41,110 nucleotides of DNA from a virus: positions 1-41,110 of the IMG/VR virus record IMGVR_UViG_3300009702_000007; one strand, given 5' to 3'. The notes beneath the pieces are model-generated. The model had not been told where the DNA came from. It did no database searches and was given only the letters and a program-made list of their open reading frames with translations. Position 1 is the stretch's first letter, and every line of letters starts with the position of its first letter. This document shows positions 14,357 through 23,048 of this stretch, piece by piece. Made by a program: the position numbers and the translations under genes.

Positions 14357-14596
14357 GATGGCACCCAACTAGGCGCCCGCCTTGCCAAGCTGCGCGATAG
14401 GCGGGGCCTTACGCAGCAGCAACTTGCCGACCATCTCGCTGTGACGCAGCAAACGGTGAGCGGTTGGGAGAGTGGTGGCAGCACCCCCCGCATGAGGCGA
14501 CTCAAGACGCTCGCGGCGGTGCTCGACGTTCCGTTCGCTGAACTGGTTTCCCTCATAGAGCAAGACGAGGCGCAAGACGAGGCGCGCGCAGGGTAG
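14354..14596 (+). CDS. Cro-like XRE-family HTH protein
   Basis: LGARLAKLRDRRGLTQQQLADHLAVTQQTVSGWESGGSTP is an HTH_3. In-frame GTG at 14354. The rest of track ORF 13856..14596 is antisense to the repressor gene. Confidence 0.8.
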   Translation: MDGTQLGARLAKLRDRRGLTQQQLADHLAVTQQTVSGWESGGSTPRMRRLKTLAAVLDVPFAELVSLIEQDEAQDEARAG

Positions 14597-14680
14597 TGGC
14601 TCGATGTCGGGGGGAGATCGCACAGCTGCAATTTCGGCCCAGGGCGGCTACCCAAGTCGACCCAATATTCGCGGGCCAGC

Positions 14681-15106
14681 TTGGGGGCGCCTGTGACTCA
14701 GCAGTTAGAGCTGCCCTACACCGACCCCGAGGTCGAGCTCCTGGGCCTCATCAGTCGCATCTGCGTGATCAACGGCCACCAGGTGGTCGCCGATGCTCTG
14801 GGGATCTCGCTGTCCCACCTGATGCACGCGTTGGCCCGCCGGAAGAATGCGGCGGTCCGCGCTGAGAAGCTGTGGCGCCTGGTCCAATTCGAGGGCGGAC
14901 ACGACCTGATCCAGTTTCTCGCCGAGTGCCGCGGCGAGCAGATCATCACCGACCCACCGGCGAACCCGGTAGAGGAGCTGCGCGCGGTGCTGGATATCCT
15001 CGACGAGGAACTCGGGCCGCGCACACGCATGGCGCTCAAGCGCGCTATTCCGGCGCGCGTGCGACGCAACCGCGGACTACCCAAGGCCGGGGAGGGTGAG
15101 GGCTAG
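14681..15106 (+). CDS. Early regulatory protein with a putative HTH (CII-position)
   Basis: 141 aa. NGHQVVADALGISLSHLMHAL is HTH-like. Start is TTG 14681, or GTG 14693 preceded by GGGGG. Confidence 0.6.
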   Translation: MGAPVTQQLELPYTDPEVELLGLISRICVINGHQVVADALGISLSHLMHALARRKNAAVRAEKLWRLVQFEGGHDLIQFLAECRGEQIITDPPANPVEELRAVLDILDEELGPRTRMALKRAIPARVRRNRGLPKAGEGEG

Positions 15107-15450
15107 TGCGTCGCTGCACAGGTGCCCCACAGCCCCTTGGCCCCAAACAAGCGCCAGCGCTTGCAGGCCGCAGCGGTGTGCGAGCAAAACGTTGTGTTCG
15201 CCTCGCCGGCGACGGTGATGCACCAGACCCCACCGCGATGCCGCTGGCAGGGCTTCCAGTGCTTGGGGGTCATGGTCGATCGCGCCTCCTCGCACTTGGC
15301 CAGTCCGCGAGCGCAGCTCGTCATCGCCGCGTCGCCGACACGCCCCGCACACCACCAGGTCGGTGTCGCCTGCTTGCTGCGCGGCGGGCGATGGTCGGGT
15401 TTGTCGCATCCGGCGAAGGCCACCACCCAAACAACCAGAATCGCTCGCAT
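15103..15450 (-). CDS. Small Cys-rich lipoprotein encoded antisense to the early-right operon (moron, candidate superinfection exclusion or conversion factor)
   Basis: ATG followed by MRAILVVWVVAFAGC, which is a signal peptide plus lipobox. The mature part has 8 further Cys. Its stop overlaps the convergent stop of the previous gene (CTAG). Composition is more balanced than the sense-strand alternative. Confidence 0.6.
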   Translation of the reverse strand: MRAILVVWVVAFAGCDKPDHRPPRSKQATPTWWCAGRVGDAAMTSCARGLAKCEEARSTMTPKHWKPCQRHRGGVWCITVAGEANTTFCSHTAAACKRWRLFGAKGLWGTCAATH

Positions 15451-15517
15451 GCCCCAACGCTACCCAGCGCCGCGCCAGCGCGCAACCACCTGTCAGATTT
15501 TCGGCTCGGGGGGAGTC

Positions 15518-16407
<890 letters not shown>

Positions 16408-16411
<4 letters not shown>

Positions 16412-17781
16412 CGCGCGAGGGGTACATGCCGCACGACACCGACGCCGAGCAATCGCTGCTGGGAGCGGCGTTTCTGAGCACATCTGTACTCGACCTGGTG
16501 CAAACACGCGCGGTCGAACTATATGACCCGCGTCACCGCGTGGTGTGGGCTGCGATGCGTCGCCTGCATGAGCTCGGCAAGCCGCTCGACGACGTGACCG
16601 TCGGCGCCGAGCTCGACGAGGAAGGAAAGCTCGCGGCCGTCGGCAGCCACGCCTACCTTGCTGAGCTCATGTTTCGTACGCCGACGGCGGACAACGCCGA
16701 ACACTACGCGGCTATCATCCACGAGCATTACGTGCGCCGCCATCTCATGCTCGAGGCTGGCGCGATCGTCGAGGCGGCCCGCCGCGGCGACGCCGACGCC
16801 GGCGATTTGCAGGGCGAGGCCATCGAGCGATTGCGTAAAATCGACACGGCGCGCGACCAGCGCGGCTCGACGATGGGCGACCTCATGGTGAGCCGCCTGG
16901 GCGCGGCGACCGAGCTGAGCGAGCGCCGCGCCCAGGGCGACGTCGTCGCACCTGGGCTACCCACCGGCATTCCGGCGCTCGACGACGCCCTGGGCTGCGG
17001 CCTGCGCCGAGGGATTCCGACCGTGCTGTGCGGCAGACCTGGCCATGGGAAGAGCGCGATGGCCCAGACGATAATTCTCGCGAACGTGAGCGCCGGCGTC
17101 GGCGTGATCGAATTCCGCGTCGAGGATACCGACGAGGCGAGCGCCGACCGCATGCTGAGCCGGATCTCCAACGTGCCCGCCGAGGATCTGGCCGCCGGCA
17201 AGCTGTCGCGGATGGACCTGGCCGCGCTCACCCAAGGCGTCGAGCGCTGGCACAAGCGGTGCCGGACGTTCTGGCACCTCGACGGCCGCGGCGACGTGAG
17301 TGCCGACGACATCGTGCGCGACGTGCGTCGGCGGCGCAGCGAGATACCCAACCTGCAGCTCGTCGTCGTGGACTTGCTCAACGAGCTGCGATGGCCGCGC
17401 GGCGCCGACTCGATGAAAGACGCAATGAGCCGCGGCATTCGTACGCTCGGCCGACTGGCTCGCGACGACAACCTCGTCGTGCTTGTGCTGTGCCAGCTGA
17501 ACCGCAAGCTCGAAGAGCGCAAGGACAAGCGGCCGCGGCTGATCGATCTCAAGGAGACCGGGGCACTCGAGGAGCGCGCCAAGTGCGTGCTCAGTGTCTA
17601 CCGGGGTATCGAGTACGGCGACCCCACCGACGGGGTCGACTACCTGGCCGGCGAGTCGCGGCCCCCCGCAAGCGAGTGGCAAGAGCGGATCGAAATCGGC
17701 GTGATCAAGAACAGCCAAGGGAAAAACAACAGGGCCGTCCGCGCCAAGTGGCACGGCCCAACCGTGAGGGTTTACGCATGA
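16408..17781 (+). CDS. dnaB: Replicative DNA helicase, DnaB family
   Basis: N-terminal DAEQSLLGAAFLS motif, Walker A GRPGHGKS, then LVVVDLLNEL and LCQLNRKLEERKDKRP. TTGA overlap with the upstream gene. Alternative ATG at 16426. Confidence 0.92.
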
Positions 17782-17957
17782 GCGACCAAATCACCGACCA
17801 AGCGCTATGCGAGCTTGAGCACAGCGTGTTGTGCCTCAAGGTCGCCATCGCCGGCCACGTATCACGCAACGGCCACGGCCAAACCAAGCAGCGCGCCCGT
17901 GCCCGCTACGTCCGGTACCAGGCCGAGCTGCAGCGTCGCGAGGGGCATCGTGGCTAA
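17778..17957 (+). CDS. Small hypothetical protein (59 aa)
   Basis: ATGA overlap with the dnaB stop. Only the C-terminal 59 aa of track ORF 17028..17957 look natural. Confidence 0.55.
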   Translation: MSDQITDQALCELEHSVLCLKVAIAGHVSRNGHGQTKQRARARYVRYQAELQRREGHRG

Positions 17958-18222
17958 TCGCGCGAACGCCTTCCGTTACCCGCTTCGCGAGCGGCCATGG
18001 CCGCCCGGCAGCTACGGCTGGACGGTCTGCGCGGTCTGCAGGCGCGCGTGGCGTCCGTCGCCCGGCAGCGTACTGCAGTGTCATGCAACCTGCCTGTTCA
18101 CGACCCAGGCAATCGCGGCGATGCTGCGCACGACCAGGCCGATGCCCGAGCTCGCGCGGCACTACGGCGTGACGGCGCGAATTCTGGCGGCTGCGCTCGG
18201 CACGGGAAGGCGAGGGCGATGA
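17950..18222 (+). CDS. Small protein with a Cys/His cluster and a C-terminal HTH-like segment
   Basis: GTG at 17950 overlaps the upstream gene end by 8 nt. CAVC...CHATC. MPELARHYGVTARILAAAL. Confidence 0.55.
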   Translation: MANRANAFRYPLRERPWPPGSYGWTVCAVCRRAWRPSPGSVLQCHATCLFTTQAIAAMLRTTRPMPELARHYGVTARILAAALGTGRRGR

Positions 18223-18341
18223 CCGCTCTGGCCGAGCTGCTCGACGCGCTCGCAAACCTGGTCTTGCAGGTCCTCGAGGACGTGGGCCACCTCGTCGAGG
18301 ACCTACACCGAATCTGTGCCCGACTCTGGGCGGGAGAGTGA
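18219..18341 (+). CDS. 40-aa acidic helical peptide
   Basis: ATGA overlap upstream and GTGA overlap downstream. Sequence MTALAELLDALANLVLQVLEDVGHLVEDLHRICARLWAGE. Confidence 0.45.
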   Translation: MTALAELLDALANLVLQVLEDVGHLVEDLHRICARLWAGE

Positions 18342-18934
18342 CATTGGAAACACGAAGCAAACAAGCTCCTCCGGGTCGCAGGCTGGCCCTCGTCACCGTC
18401 ACCGGCATTGTGGCGCTCACGCTGGCTCTGCAGAGCGGCGGCCGCGTCGAGGCATCACCGCGGTATCAGCGCGCGCTCGTGACTCAGTTTGCGAGCAAGA
18501 CGATCGGCGATCCGTTGCGACGAACACCGACGTATGACAAGCAGGCCGGCCAGTGGTTCGCCTGTCTCAAGGATGGCCGCAAACGTAGGATGAGCCCGTA
18601 CGTTTGGGGCATCGCCGCTCGGCAGGGGGAACTGCCGTGCGGCGCGCTCGTCGAACTGTGCCGCGAGTTCAAAGGGCGGTCGCTCTGTGTGGTCGCGCCC
18701 GTCGTCGATCGCGGCCCCTATCATGCGGTGCGCGCGAGCTGTCCGCGGCCGCCGCGGCACAGCCAGGTTTGCTGGAGTCGCGGCAAGACCATGTTGCGGC
18801 AGCGGCCGGGGTGGCGCTGGGAAACCAAGTTTGACCTGTTGCCGCGCGTCGCATGGGCGATCCGGGTCCTCGGCAAGGGGATGGTCTGGTGGCGTGTCGT
18901 GTGGAGCCCGCTGCAGCGAAGGCGCGACCTGTGA
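18338..18934 (+). CDS. Secreted or membrane-anchored RlpA-like double-psi beta-barrel (DPBB) protein
   Basis: Signal anchor RRLALVTVTGIVALTLALQSG. ELPCGALVELC...GRSLCVVAPVVDRGPY...KFDLLPRVAWAI resembles RlpA/DPBB_1. GGGAGA lies before the GTG. Confidence 0.65.
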   Translation: MTLETRSKQAPPGRRLALVTVTGIVALTLALQSGGRVEASPRYQRALVTQFASKTIGDPLRRTPTYDKQAGQWFACLKDGRKRRMSPYVWGIAARQGELPCGALVELCREFKGRSLCVVAPVVDRGPYHAVRASCPRPPRHSQVCWSRGKTMLRQRPGWRWETKFDLLPRVAWAIRVLGKGMVWWRVVWSPLQRRRDL

Positions 18935-19182
18935 GACCCTACGGAAACCAGCGCTGCAGTCGCTGCAACAACTGGCGACACCCGGACACGGGCCTGTGCC
19001 CGCGCTGCGACATCGGCCTCGACGGTAAGCCGTATGCGCGCATCGCCGACACGATCACGCCGGCACCGCGCGATCGCTGGCGTCGGCGTGTCGGCTGGCC
19101 TGAGCTGCTGCTGCTGTGTACCGCGCTGCTCATCCTCGCGCTCACGGCGACCACGGTCGTGCGCTGGTGGAGCGCGCTGTGA
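18931..19182 (+). CDS. Zinc-ribbon protein with a C-terminal TM helix
   Basis: GTGA overlap. CSRC...CPRC. TM segment WPELLLLCTALLILALTATTVV. Confidence 0.6.
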   Translation: MRPYGNQRCSRCNNWRHPDTGLCPRCDIGLDGKPYARIADTITPAPRDRWRRRVGWPELLLLCTALLILALTATTVVRWWSAL

Positions 19183-19430
19183 CCGTGCGGCCGCACGTCG
19201 TGCAGTGTCGCAGCTGCGGCGCCGATATCTTCTACGCCGTCGGCGCCAAGGGGGCACCGATGCCGATGGACGCCGAGCCCGTCGTCGACGGCAACCTCGT
19301 GCTCGAGCCGCGACGCGACCGATCCGCGCCCCGTGCCGTCGCGTTTCAGCCGCTGATTCACAGCCAGGCCGAGCGCTACCAGTCGCACTTTGCCAGCTGC
19401 CCGCACGCGGATCACTGGAGGCGCCGTTGA
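19179..19430 (+). CDS. Small Cys/His protein
   Basis: GTGA overlap. CRSCGADIFY...HFASCPHADHW. Confidence 0.6.
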   Translation: MTVRPHVVQCRSCGADIFYAVGAKGAPMPMDAEPVVDGNLVLEPRRDRSAPRAVAFQPLIHSQAERYQSHFASCPHADHWRRR

Positions 19431-19434
19431 CGCG

Positions 19435-19755
19435 ATGCTGTGCCTGTGTGGACAGCCCGTGCAGCCCGGCGAGGAGGTCTGCGCGTCGTGCTGCGACTGC
19501 GGTACGCCCAAGGCCAAGGCCTGGCACTACGCCTGCGAGCGCTGCATGTTCGCCGACGGCGAGACCACGTCGCACGCGCGCATCATCGACGCGCTTCGCC
19601 AGGCCGACCATCGCATCGACTGCTATCAGCTGGCCCGACTGGCCGGCATTTCCCGCCGCAACGTGCTGCGCGCGATCAAGACGCTTATCGCCATGGGACG
19701 CGTCCGAAAACAGAAGCGTCAACACGAAACCAGCCTGTACAGCCTGAGAGGACAT
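19435..19755 (+). CDS. Winged-helix DNA-binding protein with an N-terminal Cys cluster; its reading frame has no stop of its own
   Basis: IIDALRQADHRIDCYQLARLAGISRRNVLRAIKTLIAMGRVRK...SLYSL is a wHTH. The frame then stays open through the next gene and into the rusA frame until 20695-20697. The end coordinate given here is nominal. Confidence 0.55.
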
Positions 19756-20080
19756 GATGAGCAAAGCGAACAAGAGACAAACCGAGCTCGACGGATTCGA
19801 GCGGCCAAGCAACGACGAGCTCGACGCATTGGTCGGCGCGTATCTGGAAGCCAAGACCGAGCGCGTCGCGGCCCAGGAGGCCGAAGACGCCGCGCGCAGC
19901 AAGCTGCAAGCGTTCATGGGCGAGGCGAGCGACGAGCTCGAGTCCAACGACGACGGCGAGCCCTGCTACCGCTACGTCGACGGCGAGCAGGTCTACATCG
20001 CTACGCTGCGCACCAAAGAGCGGCTGAGCGTCAAAAAGGCCAAACCGTCCGAGCCCGTCGAACTGCACGCCGTCGAGTAA
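19754..20080 (+). CDS. Acidic hypothetical protein
   Basis: GAGAGGA SD-like motif before ATGATG. Very high third-position GC and natural composition (108 aa). Confidence 0.75.
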   Translation: MMSKANKRQTELDGFERPSNDELDALVGAYLEAKTERVAAQEAEDAARSKLQAFMGEASDELESNDDGEPCYRYVDGEQVYIATLRTKERLSVKKAKPSEPVELHAVE

Positions 20081-20091
20081 GGCGCCAACGC

Positions 20092-20697
20092 ATGCTCGCG
20101 AGCCAGAAACTGATCCGCTTCACTGTGCCGGGGCCGCCGCAGCCGCAAGGATCGAAGACGGCCAAGGTGCTGGGCAAGCGGATCTATCTGCCCGACGGCA
20201 AGCCGGCGATCGTCGAGCCGCGCGCGATCTTGGTCGAGCAAGCGAACAAGACGACCAAGACGCGCAAGGCCGGCGCCCTCGACCGGTGGCGCAGCAAGGT
20301 CGCCGAGGCGGCGCGCGCGGCCATGGATGGTCGGCCGCTGTGGGACGAGCCGTGCATCCTGGTCTGCGAGTTTTTGCTGCCGCGCCCGCGGTCGCACTGG
20401 ACCAAGTCGGGCACGCTGCGCAAGGGGGCGCCACTGCTGCCGAAAAAACCGGACTGGTCCAAGCTCGTGCGCGCGGTCGAGGATGCGCTCACCGGCGTGG
20501 TCTACCGGGACGACAGCCAGGTCGTCATGCCCTCGGATCCGTGGGGCATCTGCCAGCTGCAGCCGCGCAAGCGGTACGCTCGGCGGCAGTGCGCCGACGA
20601 CGGCCGCGACGTGGTCGGCGGCGTGTTCGTCGAAGTGCGCCAGCTGTCGGCCGATGAGCAGGCCCAGGTATTGGCCGGGGGGCGTGCAAACCCATGA
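20092..20697 (+). CDS. rusA: RusA-family Holliday-junction resolvase (with a C-terminal extension)
   Basis: PDWSKLVRAVEDALTGVVYRDDSQVV matches the RusA catalytic Asp motif. ATG at 20092 begins MLASQKLIRFTVPGPPQPQGSK. Confidence 0.8.
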   Translation: MLASQKLIRFTVPGPPQPQGSKTAKVLGKRIYLPDGKPAIVEPRAILVEQANKTTKTRKAGALDRWRSKVAEAARAAMDGRPLWDEPCILVCEFLLPRPRSHWTKSGTLRKGAPLLPKKPDWSKLVRAVEDALTGVVYRDDSQVVMPSDPWGICQLQPRKRYARRQCADDGRDVVGGVFVEVRQLSADEQAQVLAGGRANP

Positions 20698-21212
20698 GCA
20701 AACCCAAGAGCAAGGCGCCGGCGAAGCGCAAGGCGAAGCGCAAGCGCGCGCCCAAGGAGCCGCGACCGACCACGACCAAGCAGGCCGAGCAGCTGCGGTC
20801 TTTGCTGGCGCCCTACCGCGCCCAAGAGCGCAGGCGCCAGCTCGCCGTCGTTGTGGGCGACGAGGACGCGATCCGCCTGTTGCAGTCGTGGACCATGGTG
20901 GAGGTGTGCTGGAAGCCCCACGCGCGCAGCGTGCCCAAGTACGGGCGCTGGTCGTGGCTCTGGCGCAACGTCTGGTACGAGCGCGACCGGCTGCACGACC
21001 TGGCCGGCGTCACCGCCAAGCGCGGCCGTGAGCTGCTCGACCGGCTCATCACGGCGCAGCTGGTCTACCCCGACGGTACCATCACGGCCGACGCGGCCGA
21101 GCTCGTCGAGGACCACGTCGACCACCGATTCCCCAGTCGCCAGCGCGGGCGACCCAAGGGGAGCAAAGACAGTAAGCCGCGCGCGAAGGGACAGAGCGAT
21201 GTTTCGGGGTAG
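20694..21212 (+). CDS. Hypothetical protein with a Lys-rich N-terminus (possible late regulator by position)
   Basis: ATGA overlap with rusA. 172 aa. LAGVTAKRGRELLDRLITAQLV is HTH-like. Confidence 0.6.
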   Translation: MSKPKSKAPAKRKAKRKRAPKEPRPTTTKQAEQLRSLLAPYRAQERRRQLAVVVGDEDAIRLLQSWTMVEVCWKPHARSVPKYGRWSWLWRNVWYERDRLHDLAGVTAKRGRELLDRLITAQLVYPDGTITADAAELVEDHVDHRFPSRQRGRPKGSKDSKPRAKGQSDVSG

Positions 21213-21251
21213 CTTCTGCAAGACACGCCGCGAGGTGCTGGTGGGGAGAGT

Positions 21252-21473
21252 ATGAAAGTCGAATCGATCAAGCTGCACACAGAGCAGGGCTACCCCATGG
21301 TCTCGGCGCTCATCGAGGGCAGGTGGCACGTGCTCGAGAACGTAGTGGCATTCGCGGTCAACGCCGACTCGAACGACGTGGAGGCGACGCTCATCCTGGC
21401 CGACACGAGCGGGACTCGGCTCGAGCTCGACCTGCAGGTGTTCCCCGACGACGTGGCGACGAAGGGGGCATGA
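21252..21473 (+). CDS. Small hypothetical protein
   Basis: GGGGAGAG lies before the ATG. 73 aa. Last gene before the low-GC spacer. Confidence 0.65.
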   Translation: MKVESIKLHTEQGYPMVSALIEGRWHVLENVVAFAVNADSNDVEATLILADTSGTRLELDLQVFPDDVATKGA

Positions 21474-21788
21474 CACCGATGTCCGTGTGCAGGCCTACGT
21501 TTCAGAAAGCGCAGTGATTACGTGATGTTGGGGGGGGTTAGAAAACTCAATGATAATAATATCCTGGGGTACCCCCATGACAGCCTCGTGCTCCGAAAAA
21601 CGAGAGTTTCGTGTCCCCAAATTCATAAAAAATGGCAGATGACGTGTCTGGCGTCCTGCGAACCACGACCTGGGCAAGCGCCTTGGCTTCCACGCCAACA
21701 AGGCGCTACTGGCCGACACGCAAGGGGCCGGGCCAGCGGGGACACCCAGGAATAGCCAGGTGTGTGTACGATTATTTCATTTCGTGTG

Positions 21789-21816
21789 TTGACGGGTCGT
21801 AATTCGTATGTATAAT
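21789..21816 (+). promoter_or_regulatory. Near-consensus sigma70-type promoter (late-operon promoter candidate)
   Basis: TTGACG (21789-21794), 16-nt spacer, TATAAT (21811-21816). Sits in the most AT-rich stretch of the window. An in-frame ATG lies at 21823. Confidence 0.6.
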
Positions 21817-21852
21817 AGAAGCATGACACGGACACAAACCACGGAGGACACG

Positions 21853-22164
21853 ATGACCACAGCGACGACGACAATCACTTCCGCCACCCCGACCAAACTC
21901 CGCAGCGGCAGCTGGGGTGCCAAGGTGCAGGATGCGAATCCGCAGCTCGGTCAGGTCGTGCGCATCACCACCAAGTCGGGCAAGTCGTGGCTCGCCACCG
22001 TGACGAGAGTCATCTGGAGCGGCAACGGCGTGGCCATCTGCGCTACGGCCTCGGCGAAACCCCGCCAGCAGCGCTCCTACTCGGTGGTGTACTGCGGCTA
22101 CCCCTGCCCCGTCACCGGGCTCAAATGCTGCGCGGCCAACGGTCAGTGCCATGATTGCCTATAA
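21853..22164 (+). CDS. Small protein with a beta-rich N-domain and a C-terminal Cys cluster, first gene after the strong promoter
   Basis: GGAGGA-5 nt-ATG at 21853. An in-frame ATG at 21823 could give a leaderless isoform. GSWGAKVQD...VVRITTKSGKSWLATVTRVIWSGNGVAICAT. C-terminus YCGYPCPVTGLKCCAANGQCHDCL. Confidence 0.7.
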   Translation: MTTATTTITSATPTKLRSGSWGAKVQDANPQLGQVVRITTKSGKSWLATVTRVIWSGNGVAICATASAKPRQQRSYSVVYCGYPCPVTGLKCCAANGQCHDCL

Positions 22165-22177
22165 TCAGGAGGTTACG

Positions 22178-22393
22178 ATGATGACAATGCAAACGAAAAC
22201 ACTCGCAGAAATCAAAGCCCTACACCCCGTCCCGGCGTACATCCTCGAGTGCCCCGAAAACGACTACGTCCGCGTGCTGGTGTGGGCGAACGAGGCCGAG
22301 TCCGAGAACGACGACGGCGCCCATGCGGTTGCGTCCTACCGGCTCTCTGAGCCCCTCTCGTTTTCGTCGGCTGCCGACGGGCTGGTGGGCTAA
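22178..22393 (+). CDS. Small acidic hypothetical protein
   Basis: AGGAGG-5 nt-ATG at 22178. 71 aa. Confidence 0.7.
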   Translation: MMTMQTKTLAEIKALHPVPAYILECPENDYVRVLVWANEAESENDDGAHAVASYRLSEPLSFSSAADGLVG

Positions 22394-22644
22394 TGGACAA
22401 AATCCGAGTAAACATCTCGCTAGATGCCGCGGTCCTAGAGGACATCGACGCCCTAGCCGAGGAGCACACGGGTGGCGACCGGTCTGCGTGGATTGCCCAG
22501 GCTGCCAGCCATGCACGGGGCCGTGCTGTGGGGCGAGCTCGGTTGCTGCGGCGACTGGACGCGCTTAGCGCGGAGCTGGACGCGCTCGAGCTCGAGCTGG
22601 CCGAAGTGCGTGCACAGGTCGGAGACTCTTCGACGTCCGATTAG
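22393..22644 (+). CDS. Ribbon-helix-helix protein with a C-terminal coiled coil
   Basis: TAATG overlap. IRVNISLDAAVLEDIDALAEEHTGGDRSAWIAQA is a CopG-type RHH. Confidence 0.7.
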   Translation: MDKIRVNISLDAAVLEDIDALAEEHTGGDRSAWIAQAASHARGRAVGRARLLRRLDALSAELDALELELAEVRAQVGDSSTSD

Positions 22645-22802
22645 GTCTTCAGCCCTAAGCCCTCCCAAATTGCATCGTGGTCAACCTGTAGGCTGAACCC
22701 ATCCCCCGCCTGATCAAATACGAGCCCGCGCCGCCGCGCGAGGATCCCGAGCTGCCGCCGCCGCCCAACGGCCCGCTCGAGCGTGCGCTGTGGCTGCAGA
22801 CC

Positions 22803-23048
22803 ATGTACGCGCAGGAGGCGTACCGGATCGCCAACGATGACCAGCTCACCGACCAGGCCCGGCGCGAGCTGATGCTCAAGTACGGCAAGGCGATGAACGC
22901 GGCGATGCCGCACGAGGAGGTCGCCCAAGTCAAGGCGCTGCTCGACGTCGAGCATAAGCAGATCAGGGGAAAGAAACTGCACGGAAAGGTAGCCAGTGCC
23001 ACGCGCGGCCGGTCGAGACGTCTTCGCTCGGCGACTCCGAGGGAGTAG
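22803..23048 (+). CDS. Possible small terminase or packaging accessory protein (5' end unresolved)
   Basis: Located directly upstream of TerL. The first canonical start is ATG 22803, but a coding-like signal in the same frame runs from 22692, right after an in-frame TAG. Confidence 0.45.
   Translation: MYAQEAYRIANDDQLTDQARRELMLKYGKAMNAAMPHEEVAQVKALLDVEHKQIRGKKLHGKVASATRGRSRRLRSATPRE

Noticed and set aside
15122-15517. N-terminal 132 aa of track ORF 15122..16411 (a longer O-like protein).
   Set aside because: It is almost devoid of Asp/Glu/Lys and has no motif. It is exactly antisense, with the same wobble positions, to an ORF that has a perfect lipoprotein signal. A G-rich SD-like run plus GTG at 15518 gives a sensible start for the wHTH protein.
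16728-21476. Long minus-strand ORFs in the early-right operon (16728..17582, 16957..17754, 17836..18420, 18721..19947, 20502..21476).
   Set aside because: They are antisense to DnaB, the DPBB gene, RusA and others. Their composition is dominated by Arg/Ser/Ala/Pro. No independent features support them.
21495-21755. ORFs 21522..21755(+) and 21495..21719(-) in the low-GC spacer as moron genes.
   Set aside because: They have no SD and poor, unbalanced composition. Each mixes AT-rich and GC-rich halves, and they overlap each other. I treat the region as regulatory or non-coding.
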